Below are positions 38,325 to 51,179 of a stretch of 64,000 nucleotides of DNA, one piece after another. This stretch comes from Chiloscyllium plagiosum (taxonomy: Eukaryota), in NCBI RefSeq assembly GCF_004010195.1, contig NC_057720.1:32326650-32390649 (forward strand), read 5' to 3'. The position numbers were made by a program, and so were the translations under genes. Under the pieces are notes generated by a model that worked only from the letters and a program-made list of their open reading frames with translations, made no database searches and had not been told where the DNA came from. Every line of letters starts with the position of its first letter. Position 1 is the first letter of the stretch.

Positions 38325-38549
38325 TCGAGGAGAAAGTGAGGACTGCAGATGCTGGAGATCAGAGCTGAAAATGTGTTGCTGGAAAAGCGCAGCAGGTCAG
38401 GCAGCATCCAAGGAACAGGAGAATTGACGTTTCGGGCAAAAGCCCTTCTTCAGGAATTCCTGAAGATGGGCTTATGCCCAAAACGTCGATTCTCCTGTTC
38501 CTTGGATGCTGCCTGACCTGCTGCGCTTTTCCAGCAACACATTTTCAGC
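38325..38549. mobile_element. Palindromic Penelope-derived element (family 1)
   Basis: Inverted arms meet at CAGGAATTCCTG. 14-bp TSD TCATAACATTGTCT at 38311-38324 and 38550-38563. Confidence 0.88.
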
Positions 38550-38674
38550 TCATAACATTGTCTGCCAAAGGTGGCCACATATCTCCATCTTCCATTTCTG
38601 TCAGAGTCAGGTATAGTCATCATTTAAGACATATCAAGTGTATAGACTATTTTGAATAGTTCATCTTCATTCAG

Positions 38675-39015
38675 CTTTTTTTTAAACTTGTTCATGGGAT
38701 GTGGGCATTGCATTTGTTGCCCATCCCTAATTGCCCTGAGTCAACCCTATTGCTGTGGATCTGGAGGCACAAGTAGCCAGACCAAGTAAGGGCAGCAGTT
38801 TCTTTCTCTAAAGGACATTAGTGAACCAGATGGGTGTTTCCAACAATCAACAATAGTTTTATGGTCGTTATTAGACTCTTAAAGACTCTTACATTGAGAT
38901 TAAGAGAATTCAAATTCCAGCATCTGTCATGGCAGGATTTGAACCCTGGTCCTCTGAACCTTACTTGGGTCTCTGGATGAATAGTCTAATGATAATAACG
39001 CTAGGGAATCACATC
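38675..39015 (-). mobile_element. tRNA-derived SINE with CR1-type tail (second SINE family)
   Basis: Reverse-complement similarity to 41500-41835. Confidence 0.7.
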
Positions 39016-39568
39016 CCTGTGAAGTGACTTTTTTTTTTAGAATGCTTCTACTTCAAATTTTGGAAATTTGAAATAGAAGTCCTGAAAATACTCAGGTCTG
39101 GCAATATCCTTGCAGAGATAAACAGAGTTAATGTTTTGGTTTGCCGTTATTTCATCAAAACCTGGTAGAGGGTGACTTGGTGACTTTTTTGCCCCTTCAC
39201 AATTTCTACTACTTAGATCAGGTAGCTTTACAGCCTCCAGAATTCCATGTCTACTCTCCAGGCTTCCATAACTCCTGGGACTGCTACAAAGCTCTTCTTG
39301 ATAATGGACTCTCTGCTGCCATGGCTAGGCTAGAACCAGTTTACTGAGGCTGCAGTGTGTCCTGAATTTAGGGCAGGCTGACTCTCTGGGTGAAGGTGGT
39401 ACTGTTCTCAGCATTTGCAGTGGATTGTGAGCATAAGCATTTTGTTTTGTCCCAGTTCCAGAAACCCTGATGCTTGGTCATGAAACGGTGTGTGAGTTGA
39501 CTGGTGCTCTACAGTTGGTTATATTTACTTGTTTCGTAGTCTTTTTTGCATTCAGACTTGCTTTTTTT

Positions 39569-39886
39569 TTAGATTAGATTACTTGCAGGTGGAAACAGGC
39601 CCTTCGGCCCAACAAGTCCACACTGACCCTCCGAAGAGCAATCCACCCAGACCCATTCCCCTACATTTACCCCTTCACCTAACACTACAGGTAACTTAGC
39701 ATGGCCAATTCACCTAACATGTACATTTTTGGACTGTGGGAGGAAACCGGAGCATCCGGAGGAAACCCACGCAGACACGGGGAGAATGTGCAAACTCCAC
39801 ACAGACAGTTGCCTGAGGCGGGAATTGAACCCGGGTCTTTGGTGCTGTGAGGCAGCAGTGCTAACCACTGTGCCACCATGCCGCCC
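39569..39886 (-). mobile_element. HE1-like SINE
   Basis: Full-length reverse copy of the 16023 family with GGTTCAATTCC B box and (TAATC)n tail. Confidence 0.9.
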
Positions 39887-41499
39887 AACCTTCGACAATT
39901 TTGGTAACTGCTTCTACTGCACATAGCAGGCAAATTCCTGTAAGACTAATACACCCACTAAACGATGATCACTATGTTACAAAGAAAAAACTGAGAAGAC
40001 TTATGCTTGATTCAGTATGGAAGGTAAGTGAATGGCTTGATACTAGTGAGTGACTTATTAATAATAGCATTAATGGAGTTGATGTCCAAGACAGATACTA
40101 GAATTCCTATTCCAAATATCAATTGATTTCTGTGTATAAGCAGAACATTTATCTGTTGTTTCACAATTATGTAATTCAAAATGCCGTTTCCCTCCACTAT
40201 AAACTTGTTTATTTAAATCCATTTAAATACTTGATAAGCAAATATTTCTGTTAAGTGTTTAGAAGTTGAACATTGGGAACCTTGATGATAACTACATCCT
40301 GTGCAGTCACTGTTGTTTAATAGAGTAATTTTTTATCGTTTATTCTTTCTGCAGAAATTGCATTTTTGTTTTGTTTGTATCCCACATTCCACAGTGTTAG
40401 TTTTCTGTGTAATGTGTTGAATTTACTCTAGTAATTTAGAGGTAATCACAAAATACAACAGTCTTATACTTTTAATAAAAGTGCTGCATGAACTTTTTGC
40501 AATATTCCTTGATGAAATCGTTATAACTGTTAATGTTTGTAGAAATGGGGTTATTCATGTCACAGTGTGTGGTTTGAGGTACTGAGTGGAGGCTCACTAT
40601 GAAGAAAACCAGAAAGGAGCCTCTCATGCATCTCTTAGTCATAATCTATAGAAGGGTATTGGCAAACGTTTCCTTTTTTAAGGATGATTAATAATGCAGG
40701 TTTGGGGTTAGTTTTTTCAAGTACAATCTTAATAAAGTTAATCTATATTACATTTTAGAAATAGCATTAATGTTGTAAACCTACCATGGTTCGACTATTA
40801 ATATCTTACCCATTATCCTGTCAGCTGCCTTAGCTGCTCCTGACCTGCCCTGTCCCCAACCCTCCAAGTATTGTACTGTAGGATCCATAACTCTGTACTT
40901 TCTTGACTATTTTTTCTACCACCCTGTTGAAACTCACTTTTTTTGGGAAACCACCTACGTTTCTCCTTGAGCTCTTTCTCATTCAGCCTCAGATTGCTCA
41001 GTGCTTCTTCCAGCTTCCCACACTGGCTCACATTAATCGTTCATTTTTTTTTCAGTTACCACCACCATCCCTTCCTCAAAATTATCAGTCTGTAAGTCAT
41101 TTATGCTGTTCACCTGCTATTCCATGTGAAATATCCCTTTCTTGACTTGTTGCCTTCAAGCTATATTCTTATCTTTTCTGATTCAAATCCTTTTAGTTCA
41201 GTCTTCGCTCTTCTCTCAGCACATGAATTACATCCTCTTTGAGTGTTTGTAGTGCATTATCCATCTTAGATTCCTCCATGGTAATGTTCTCAAAAGCATC
41301 TCTATTGACCAGGTGCATGATTGGTTGTACTGTTTTCTATGTGAATGTAACCTGTGCATCTTTATCAATGATTTCTTTCCAACCCAACAGACTGTTGCCC
41401 CTGGAGTTTCCCAAAGCATCTAACTGTCTTTCTGCTACTTCGTTCACAAGCATAGAACCAGCTTCAATAGTTTATACCAAAGACATGCAAGAGAGGGGT

Positions 41500-41835
41500 G
41501 AAAGGAAGCAAAGGCCTAGTGATATTATCACTAGACTATTAATTCAGAGACCAGGCATTGTTCTGGGGGCCTGGGTACAAATTCCACTATGGCAGCTGTT
41601 GGAATTTGAATTCAATAAAAAACTGGGAATTAAGAGTCTTAATGATGATCATCAAACCATTGTCAAATGTTGGAAAAACCCATCTGGTTGACTAATGTCC
41701 TTTAGGAAGGAAACTGTCAACTTTGCATGGCCTGGCCAACATGTGACTCCAGACCCACAGCAATGTGGTTGGCTTTTAACTGCCCTTTGGGCAAATATGG
41801 ATAGACAATAAATGCATTCCCTGAATGAATTTTTT
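41500..41835 (+). mobile_element. tRNA-derived SINE with CR1-type tail (second SINE family)
   Basis: ggcctagtg..actagact head, gggtacaaattcc B-box-like motif, ggaatttgaattcaataaaa body, caataaatg..aatgaattttt tail. Confidence 0.7.
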
Positions 41836-42624
41836 TAAAAATCAATAGCACTTTTAACTATCTGTGTCTTGATGGACTATTTGTAAGACATCAAGCTTTG
41901 GTTATGTCCTAACTTTAAGAAACAAGGCTATGTCTTCATCACTGACTGCAAACTTCTATATTGTCGTTACCTCTCCTCCAAGTCATGATCGCTAAGCATA
42001 ACAGGGTGTTATAAGCTCAGTGTGCTGTTTAATACAGCGGTGAGCTTTAGATCCCTTCTTGCCTCCTCTACCCCTATGTTAACCCTCGATACCTACTGAC
42101 CAATATATTTTTTTATTAATTTTTCTCCTTGGTCTGTGACCGTTGACATGTTGCCCAACTTAGTTGCCCTTGATTTGAGTGGCTTCCCATAGGCTGTTTC
42201 AGATGTAGTCATTGAGGCAAGTGCATACATTACTGTGGGTTTGAAGTCATATGAGGGTTTCGGTAGGTAAGGGCAGCAGACTTCCTTTCACCCCTTCCTA
42301 TTTCCACACTAACCCCTCCCAAACTTGTCCAAAACATTCAATTTCTCTTTTAGCTTTTATTTAATTGTTTTTCACCCTACTATTTGGAAAATAATCTGGA
42401 TCCTACTTTCCATAATTTGTTCCCAAATCACTTTGCCTCTTCAGCTCTTCCTTCCTATTTCATTTTACTCAGCCAGGTCAATACGTTTGCCTCCGGACGT
42501 TATGCAGCCTGGCAAACTTAAGCATGCGTCTACCTCCTATCATGTAGTAATACCTCCAAAAAATCCCCAGATGTGGCTATTTAAAATTGCAATTTCTCAT
42601 CTTTGGTTAAAGTAAATAGTTAGC

Positions 42625-42808
42625 AGGAAAATCGACGTTTCGGGCATGAGCCCTTCTTCAGGAAAGCCCTTCTTCAGCCCTTCCTGAAGAAGGGCTCATG
42701 CCCGAAACGTCGATTCTCCTGCTCCTTGGATGCTGCCTGACCTGCTGCACTTTTCCAGCAACACATTTTCAGCGCTGATCTCCAGCATCTGCAGTCCTCA
42801 CTTTCTCC
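42625..42808. mobile_element. Palindromic Penelope-derived element (family 1)
   Basis: Two identical opposite-strand CTGAAGAAGGGCTCATGCCCGAAACGTC cores (42634-42661 minus, 42684-42711 plus). TSD TAAAGTAA(A)TAGTTAGC at 42608-42624 and 42809-42824. Confidence 0.88.
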
Positions 42809-44444
42809 TAAAGTAATAGTTAGCCCATATGATAATGTTACAAGTTCCATGGCTGAAGAACACTTTTTGATTCAATTGTGAAAAATCCAAAGAAAATCTT
42901 ATGATAACCTAAGGTTGAAATTACCATCATGTTTAATTAATTTGTGTAAAATTCCAGAATGAGATTCTTAACTAATCACTGGGTTTAATTACACTTGAAA
43001 CTGAATTATTGTTCAAAGCATTCCAGATTCAAGTTGAACTCTAATTTGTTAAAGATGATTTTTAACTTTTTTTAAAGCCATACAAAGGATAATAGGAATG
43101 AGTAACCTAATCACTGAAACATTTTAGAAATTATAAATATATATGTAACTTAATACCTAATTGTAAACGTGTAAAATCATTACATTGTATCTTAGAACAT
43201 CTATAATTATGAGCAGCATGTTTTTGTGAAAATAGGATGAATTGAAAAACGAAAATCAGAAAATGCTGTAAATACTTAGCTGTTCTAGCAGCATCTGCGA
43301 AGAGAGAAACTAAGTTAACTCTACAGGTCTTTCATCAGAATTAGAAAATGGAATACATTCTTTAATTAATTATTTTTAATTTCATTTTAACATGCACAGT
43401 CCTCTAAGTATAATTTCTGTATTTGTGTAAATTCCTTTTGCAAAGGGTTGGATAGAAAGATTGTGAGACAAGGTTTTCTATGTTTTTTTATTCATAGAAA
43501 ATATCACTGAAGGTAGAATAAATGCACATATACAGTTAGTTTGAACTTTCAAGTGATCCATCTTTCTGTATTCCCATCCAGGATAGAAGTGAGGCGTATC
43601 AGTGCATTCGCGAACCTGAAATGACACATTCTAGCACATTGAAAACAAAACTGAAAGGAATGTCATTTCTTTTGAAGTTTTAAAGAAATGTACTCTGGAC
43701 TAAATTAGGTGTTTTAATTTGTTTAAAGACTATGTTTATTTTCCATGTGACTGATATAGCACACGAGTTGACCAGAGAAAGTGTGACATTTTGATGTTTA
43801 TGGAGAGTCTATACTCTGATTTATTTCCTTCATTATATCATGAAGAATTACTGATCTGTTTGGTTTTGGCTGGCTGATTCCACTGCTACATTTAACTTAG
43901 TGAAAAGTTAATTTGTCCTTCAGCCAGATAAATTGCATAATACTTCACTCTGCTTATAAATTATTGTTTTGAAAAATATCTACATTATATGTAATTTCAA
44001 AGTGATGCACTGTAGTATGATTTGGATACTGATGTCAAATCCTTATCAGTTGCCAAATAAATTAAACCAAGTCCTTTAAAGAGAGATATCTCCAGCACCA
44101 CACTTTTTGGCATCTGCACTGACATCATTGTTTTGTTTGTACTCTTTTCTTACCTTTTCTAAAGGTGAACTGCTTGTTCAATAAACCTTACTTTTTCCTG
44201 TTATCACCCAGAGATTCAGGTTGGCAACTTGTTCTGGTGATAAGTATCAAATTGACAGATTTCATAAACAAAATTTCACATGGATTTTACAGTGTAACCT
44301 TTCCATCTCTGGCATAAATCAAGATTTGCAGCATCAGAAACTTATATCTCCGTTCTACCTCTATGGTGGTGCCTCAATTTATTCCATTGCTGTTGAGCCA
44401 ATGTTTAAAAAAATGTCAGTACACTTCATACTCAACACTTTATA

Positions 44445-45290
44445 GAGACATAGAGTCATACAGCACGGAAACAGATCCTTAGTACCAAGTCGTCCATGCT
44501 GACCAAGTTTTCTGAACTAAATCGGTCCCATCTGCTTGTCTTTGGCTCATATCCCTCTAAACGTTTCCGATTCATGTATCTGTCCAAACGTCTTTTAAAT
44601 GTTGTAACTATACCTGCACCTACCACTTCCTGTAGAGGTTCATTCCACATATGAACTACCCTCTCAGGTCCCTTTGAAGTCTTTCTCCTCTCATGTAAAA
44701 AATATGCCTCCTAGTTTTGAATTTCCCCACCCTTTGCTAATCACCATATCAATGCCTCTCATAAGTTTATAAACTTCTACAAAGTCACCCCTCAACTCCT
44801 GTGTTCCAGTGAAAGAAGTCCCAGCCTGTCCAGTTTCTCCTTATAACTCAAACCCTCCAGTCCCAGTACCATTGTTGTACATCTTTTCTGCACCCTCTCC
44901 AATTTAATAATATCCTTCCTATAGCAGGACAACCAAAACAGTACACAGTACTCCAAAAGTGGCCTCGCCAACATCCTGCACAACCTGAACATGACATCCC
45001 AACTCCTATACTCAATGGTCTGAGCAATGCAGGCTAAGTGCCTTCTTAATCACCCTATCTACCTGTATCTGAACTATGTACCTGAACCCTAGGTCTCTCT
45101 GTTCAATAGCACTGCTCAGGACCCAACTATTAACTGTATAAGTCCTACCCTTTTCATTTTACCAAAATGCAATATTTCACATTTGTCCAAATTAAATTCC
45201 ATCTGCCATTCCTCAGGCCAATGGCCCAATTGATCCAGATCCCTTTGTAATCTTAGATAACTTCCATTGTTGACTATACCACCAAGTTTT
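44445..45290 (-). mobile_element. CR1 LINE 3' fragment
   Basis: RPLLEYCVLFWLSCYRKDIIKLERVQKR; (CTCTATG) tail. Confidence 0.88.
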
Positions 45291-46089
45291 TCAGATTAAT
45301 TTTTATGACATAAGGTGTAGAAATGAACAGTTTTAAACTTGATATTTTAGACATTGAAACTGTACGGTATCATTTAACCTGAGAAATGAAGCATTTAAGT
45401 GCTTGGTCCAAATTGGTAAGGAGCAAATTGGTGCCTATGGGATGTCATATTGATGCAATGTGTTGAAATATGCAATCTGAAGAGAGATGTCACTTTGTAG
45501 CTGGTGATTGTTGTTGCCAGTTGTTCCAATAAGATTTCTGACCATCCGGATCTGTTAGTAACCACATCATTGGATTGTGCAAAGGCAAAATACAGTTTAA
45601 TTGCTGCTTGTTTTCCTGTTACTGATAAACTAGTGCTAGTGGTGCAGGCACCACCAAGACAAAGGAGCAAAAAGCAGTTACATCGGCACAAATGGTAGCT
45701 AGTGCTGATAAATCATGGAAACTTATTGCTGTTGTAGCTGATGGTAGTTTGATGTAATGGCTTGATATATGTGCTAGGTATTAGATTATAAGACTGACTT
45801 TTATACATGTGCAAAGAATAAGTATTTGTTGCTGCATTTGAGTATGCTGGAGAGATCATTTTTTAAAATTCTTTGAAGCATGTTGTCAATCTGAGCTTCT
45901 GTTTTTAGGTCAGCACATTAATTATCCACGAAGTAATAGAATTTACGTTAACTCTGCTTTCTTCTCCCAGATGCTGCCACACCTGCTACATTTCACCAGC
46001 AATTTTTGATTTAATTATGCACAAGGTGGTGTATTTTGGAATATCATACCCTTTTTAACCCTATCAGCATATTTTATAAAACAGTTAAC

Positions 46090-46440
46090 TGGTTGCATTA
46101 ATATAGTTTGTCTCTGAATCAGTAGATTGTACTGGGACTTGAGCATATAGACCAGGATGACTCTACAATACATACTGAGGGAGTATTTCATTATCCTTAG
46201 TCTTTGGCTGAGACTTTAATGTGTCCAGATGCTGAGAAAAAGGTCGGATGGAATATAAGCATCTGGGAGCATGGAGGTCTCTTAATCGTTTATGCATCTC
46301 TCAGTGTAACGAAGAGCAGAATGCCAATTTATTCATCTTATTTGCTCTTTTCAGGACTTTGCTGTGCGCAAGTTGATTGCTTTGACAGAAAAACAAAACT
46401 GTTTCACAGTCCATTAAGTTCTGTGTCACATTCTATTTGA
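46090..46440 (+). mobile_element. Old Deu-domain SINE (SacSINE1/AmnSINE1-like)
   Basis: gacttgagca..tactgagggagt..tgagac..ggactttgctgtgcgcaagttg recalls the Deu-domain SINE body; strongly diverged. Confidence 0.5.
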
Positions 46441-46459
46441 AAGGCATTATTTGATTACA

Positions 46460-46920
46460 TTTGGAGTCATTGGGTTTACAGCCAGGAAGAGGCCCTTCAA
46501 TCCATCATGTCTATGCCAATCATCAAGAACCTATCCACTCTAATTCATTTTCCAGCACTTGGCCTATAGCCTTGCAAGCCAGGCACTCCAAGTGTTTATC
46601 TAAATAATTCTTAAATATTATCATAGTTCCCATCACCCTGTGGATGAAAGAAGTTCCCCCTAAATCTCCAGTCCTTAATCTTAAATCTATGCCCCAATTA
46701 TTGATCCCTCTATTAATATTAAAACGTTTCTTCCAATCTACCCTATCTATGCCCCTCCATTTTATACGTCTTAGGTTCCCCATCAGCTTTCTCTGCTCGA
46801 AGGAAAACAACCCAGTTTGTTTAATCTGTCTTCACAGCTGAATCACTCAAGACCAGGCAATGTTCTGGTGAATCTATTTTGCCCCCTCTCTAGTGAAATA
46901 TTTCCTATAGTGTGCCAATG
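46460..46920 (-). mobile_element. CR1 3' fragment
   Basis: LFSFEQRKLMGNL..RGIDRVD..IFKNYLDKHL. Confidence 0.75.
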
Positions 46921-47055
46921 CTACTCATGTAGACTGAATATCTAATCTATCTTTTTTTTTTTAACTGTTGGCCCTTCCTACTGTCAACATCTATAGTTTC
47001 TAGACACAGCCGACATATTCAACAAAAAATTGAAAAGTTGTTTTTCTTTTCACAG

Positions 47056-47215
47056 ACCGACGTTTTGGTCGTCAGTTGTGATCTCATTACTGATGCAGCT
47101 CTACATGAGGTGATAGACCTGTTTCGTGCACACGATGCCACAGTGTCCATGCTGATGCGAAAGGCACATGATTTTACTGAACCTGTGCCAGGCCAGAAAG
47201 GAAAAAATAAAGAAG
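47056..47215 (+). CDS. EIF2B3: EIF2B3 third coding exon ([53 protein letters not shown])
   Basis: ttttcttttcacAG acceptor, G|GTAAA donor. 160 nt, in frame with the previous exon. SCDLITD and EPVPGQKGK motifs. Confidence 0.97.
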
Positions 47216-47760
47216 GTAAAGTTTTCTCAGGATGAAAAATGTATGAGCAATTGATTTTTGAAAATATCGGCAGGTAGTCTAACGTAAGTGCACAGACTCC
47301 TTATGGAGGCCTCTTCAGTGTTGTAACAAAAGTATTATAGAATGCACTCCAAGACGATAACCTAATTCTTTCCTTGTCATCATGTTTAACACTGTTTGAG
47401 AAGATTCACTTGTTCCATGTTGCTGTGGCTCCATGCAGGTCACTGAAACAGAAGTTCTCATTTACTTTTTCTCAGTCTCAAAATATTAACTCTGTTTCCC
47501 TCTCAACGGATATTGCTATATTTCTCCTGCAGTTACTGTTTTTACTTCTGATTTCTAGCATCCACAGTGTTTTGCTCTTAGCTAAAGTTAGTGAAGTACA
47601 TTTGGAACAAAGTCACTAATATTACTGAAACTTTATCTTACATGTAACGGAATAAATATGAATGCCATATTTCAAATGATGGCAACAATTTATGCTACAG
47701 GAGAAATAGATGAACTGATTGGTTGGCAAATTGACTGTGGCTGAGGCATTTTCAGAAAAG

Positions 47761-47880
47761 TTGAAACTTTATTGCTGGAACAGCACAGCAGGTCAGGCAG
47801 CATCCAGGGAACAGGAGATTCGACGTTTCGGGAAGTTTCGACTTTGATCTCCAGCATCTGCAGACCTCACTTTCTCCTCC
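47761..47880. mobile_element. Rearranged short Penelope-derived element (family 1)
   Basis: 14-bp TSD CATTTTCAGAAAAG at 47747-47760 and 47881-47894. The two halves are in opposite orientations. Confidence 0.8.
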
Positions 47881-48434
47881 CATTTTCAGAAAAGCACAAT
47901 GCTCTATCATATTCCTTTCTAGTGCACAGAATGTATATAAATTAACCAAGCTCCACTGATTATCTTAAATTACTGTTGTGTAGTTATTAGCAATTCATTG
48001 GCTCAATAATCATGGAATTACATCCAGGAGTTTTGGTTTGGATTTTGCAAGTGTGGGTTGGTTGAGTACTCTGCTTATTTTGAACAGCCAGAGGAACATG
48101 GTTGATTTGGTAGACTGTACATTTCAATGATTGGCCAATTTACCTGACATTGCACTAACACAGAAATACATATTCAACATTATAGTAGAAAGAGCATCTT
48201 TTTGGACTGATAGTAGCCAGTTGTATCACCACTGTATAGTAAAACGTAAAATGACTGACTTATTGTGCTGTTCAAGTTCAAAGTCATTAATGTAATGTAA
48301 CTGAATGCAGCTGTAAATCTGTGCCCAGTAAGGTCCAACAAACAGCAGTGAGAAAATTGGCCAGATAATCAGTTCTGGAGGTGTGGTTGGGTAAATAATT
48401 ATGAGGAAACTGGGAGAACTCCATTGTTCAAATA

Positions 48435-50703
48435 TTTGATTTAATTTGGTTTATTTATTGTGCCGTGTTCTTAAGTATAGTGAAAAGCTTTGTTTACAAG
48501 CAGTACAGGCGGATCAGAGTAAGCAAGGATATACAGATCATAGGGTTGAAAAAAGACTTAGTTGCATACAGGTTACATCACACAGGGCATGTGCTAGGCA
48601 AGATCAATAATAGCAAGATCATTATTATTTGAAGTTAGAGAGTTCATTCATCCGTCTAATATCAACCGGGAAGAAGGTATTCCCGAACCTGCTGGTCTGT
48701 GTGTTCAAGCTCCTGAAGAGGTTGTAGGAGAGCATTACCAGGGTGCGATGGGTCTTTGATGATGTTGGCAGCCTTTCTGTGGCAACAAGCCGTGTAAATG
48801 GAGTCCGTGGACGGAATGTTGGCTCCTGTGATCGTCTGGGTTGTGTGCTCAACCTTCTGTAGTTTCTTATAGTTCTGGGCAGAGCAGTTGCCATTCCAGG
48901 CCATTAAGCATCCGGACAGTATGCTTTCGCAGGTATATCTGTAGATGTTGGTGAGGGTCCGTATGGACATGCCAAATTTCCTGAGCTACCTGAAGAAGAC
49001 GAGGTACTGTTGTGCCTTCTTGACTGTCGCATCTATGTGGGAAGTCCAGGGCAAGTTGTCATTTATCGTCACTCCTAGGAACTTGACGCTCTCCACCCTC
49101 TCGACTTCTGTTCTGTTGATGTAGATGAGAGAGTGTGCTCTCCCTTTCTTTATGAAGTTAATGATCAGTTTTTTAATTTTGCCAGCGTCGAGAGAGAAGT
49201 TGTTCTCATTGCTCCACTTCACCAAGCCCTCTATCTCCTTTCTGTATTCTGACTCATCGTTGTTAGATATCCATCCGACACTGTGGTGTCACCTTGTCAG
49301 CAAACTTGCAGATGGCTTTCATTCAGAATTTGGCAGGGTTCTGGGTGTACAGGAGTAAAGTAGGTGGCTGAGGATGCATCCTTGGGGGGGTTCCTGTGTT
49401 GAGTTTTATTGTGGAAGATGTGCAGTTGTCCATCTTCATTGATTGTGGTCTGTGGGGCAGAAAGCTGAGGATCCAGTTGCAGAGGGCAGAACCGAGACAT
49501 AGCTCTCAGAGTTTTGAGATCAGTCTGGAAGGGATAATGGTGTCGAAGGCAGAGCTGTAGTCGATAAACAGAAGTATGACAAAGGTGTCCTTGTTGTCCA
49601 GATATTCCTGGGATGAACGCAGGGCTAGGAAAATGGCATCCACTGTGGACCTGTTTCGCTGGTAGGCAAATTATAAAGGATTCAGGTAGGATGGGAAACT
49701 AGAGTTGATGTGGGCTATGACCAGCCTTTCAAAGCACTTTATGGTTATGGAGGTCAGAACCACTGGGCAGTAGTCATTAAGGCATGTTTCATTTGGTTTC
49801 TTAGGTACTAGGATGATGGTGGTGGTCTTGAAGCAGGTGGGGACTTCGGCTTGTAGGAAGGAGAGATTGAAGAGATCGGTGAATACCTCTGCCAGTCTGT
49901 CCACATAGGATCGAAGTGCTTGTCCAGGGACTCCATCTGAGGCCGTCGCTTTCCTTAGGTTGACTGATGTCTGCAACGTTGACAGTGAGCACAGATTCGA
50001 CCAAGGCTGTCAGGACAGGTGACATGGCGCCACTGGCATTCTGCTTGAACTGTGCATAGAAAGCATTGAGCGCATCAGGGAGGAATGTCTTTGTCTGCTT
50101 CATTTTGTATTCTGTAATGTTGTTAGGCCTTGCTACAGGTTGCAGGAGTCAATTTAATTAGTTTGGGCCTCTAACTTGGTCTGGTACTGCCTTTTGGCAT
50201 CCCTGATGGCATTGTGGAGGTCATATCTGGATTTCCTGTCTGAGTCGCCCCAGACTTGAATTCTGCACGCCTGGTCTTCAGTAGGGAGTGGATTTCCTGG
50301 TTCATCCAAGGTTTCCGTTGGAGAACACTCAGATTGACTTCTTTGGTGCACAGTCCTCTATGCATTTGCTAATGAAGTCTGTGATGGTGGTAGTGTCCTC
50401 ATCTCAGTTTTCCACTGAGTACTTGAGTACGCTCCAGTCCAACGATTTCAAAAAGTTCCCGAAGACAGTCTTCCGCTGCATTGGATCAGCATTGTATTTC
50501 TGTTTGTGAAGGGTCCTCCTATTTTAGCTTCTGCTTATAAGCTAGGAGGAGGAACACAGCGCTGTGATCTGATTTTCTGAAGTGTGGATGCGGAATGGAG
50601 CAGAAGGTGTATTTAATGGTTGTGCAGTGGTCCAGATTGTTCTGTCCTCTGGTGGGGCAGGAGGTGTGTTGGTGGTATTTTGGCAGCACCCTCTTGAGGT
50701 TAG
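48435..50703 (-). mobile_element. Rex1/Babar-type LINE inserted into a Deu-domain SINE (halves at ~48270-48434 and ~50704-50885)
   Basis: RKPWMNQEIHSLLKTRR; AEVFTDLFNLS..KCFERLV; KFLGVTINDNLPWTSHI..KKAQQ; YRYTCESILSGC. The flanks read as consecutive parts of a minus-strand Deu SINE. Confidence 0.88.
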
Positions 50704-51179
50704 CTGGGATCTTTTACATCCATCTGAGGAAAACTGAGGCCTTCGCTTAATATCTCATCTGAAAGATATCACCTCCAACAATGCAAGACTCCTTGGTTAC
50801 TCTGATGTGCCATCCCAGATTATATGCTCCAATCTGTGTAATATCATTTGAACTCTAGATCTACAGAATGTTATCACTGAACAAAGATTAACAGTTATAG
50901 TTGAAGCAATTTGATTCATTTTCAACTTATTGTGTTCATTCGTTGGATGTGGGCTTCACTGGCTGGGCCAGCATTCACTGTCCATCCCTATTTGCTGGTG
51001 GGAAGGTGGTGGTGAGCCGCTGTCTTGAACCACTACATCCCTTGGGTTGTAGTTGTACCCACTGTTGGAAATTGGGGACATATTTAAAACTGAATTGTTT
51101 TGGTATTCCATATTCAGTATTTTCTGTATACTTTTTGTGTTACAGCAGTAACTAGCATTCTACAAAAATAAACACATCT

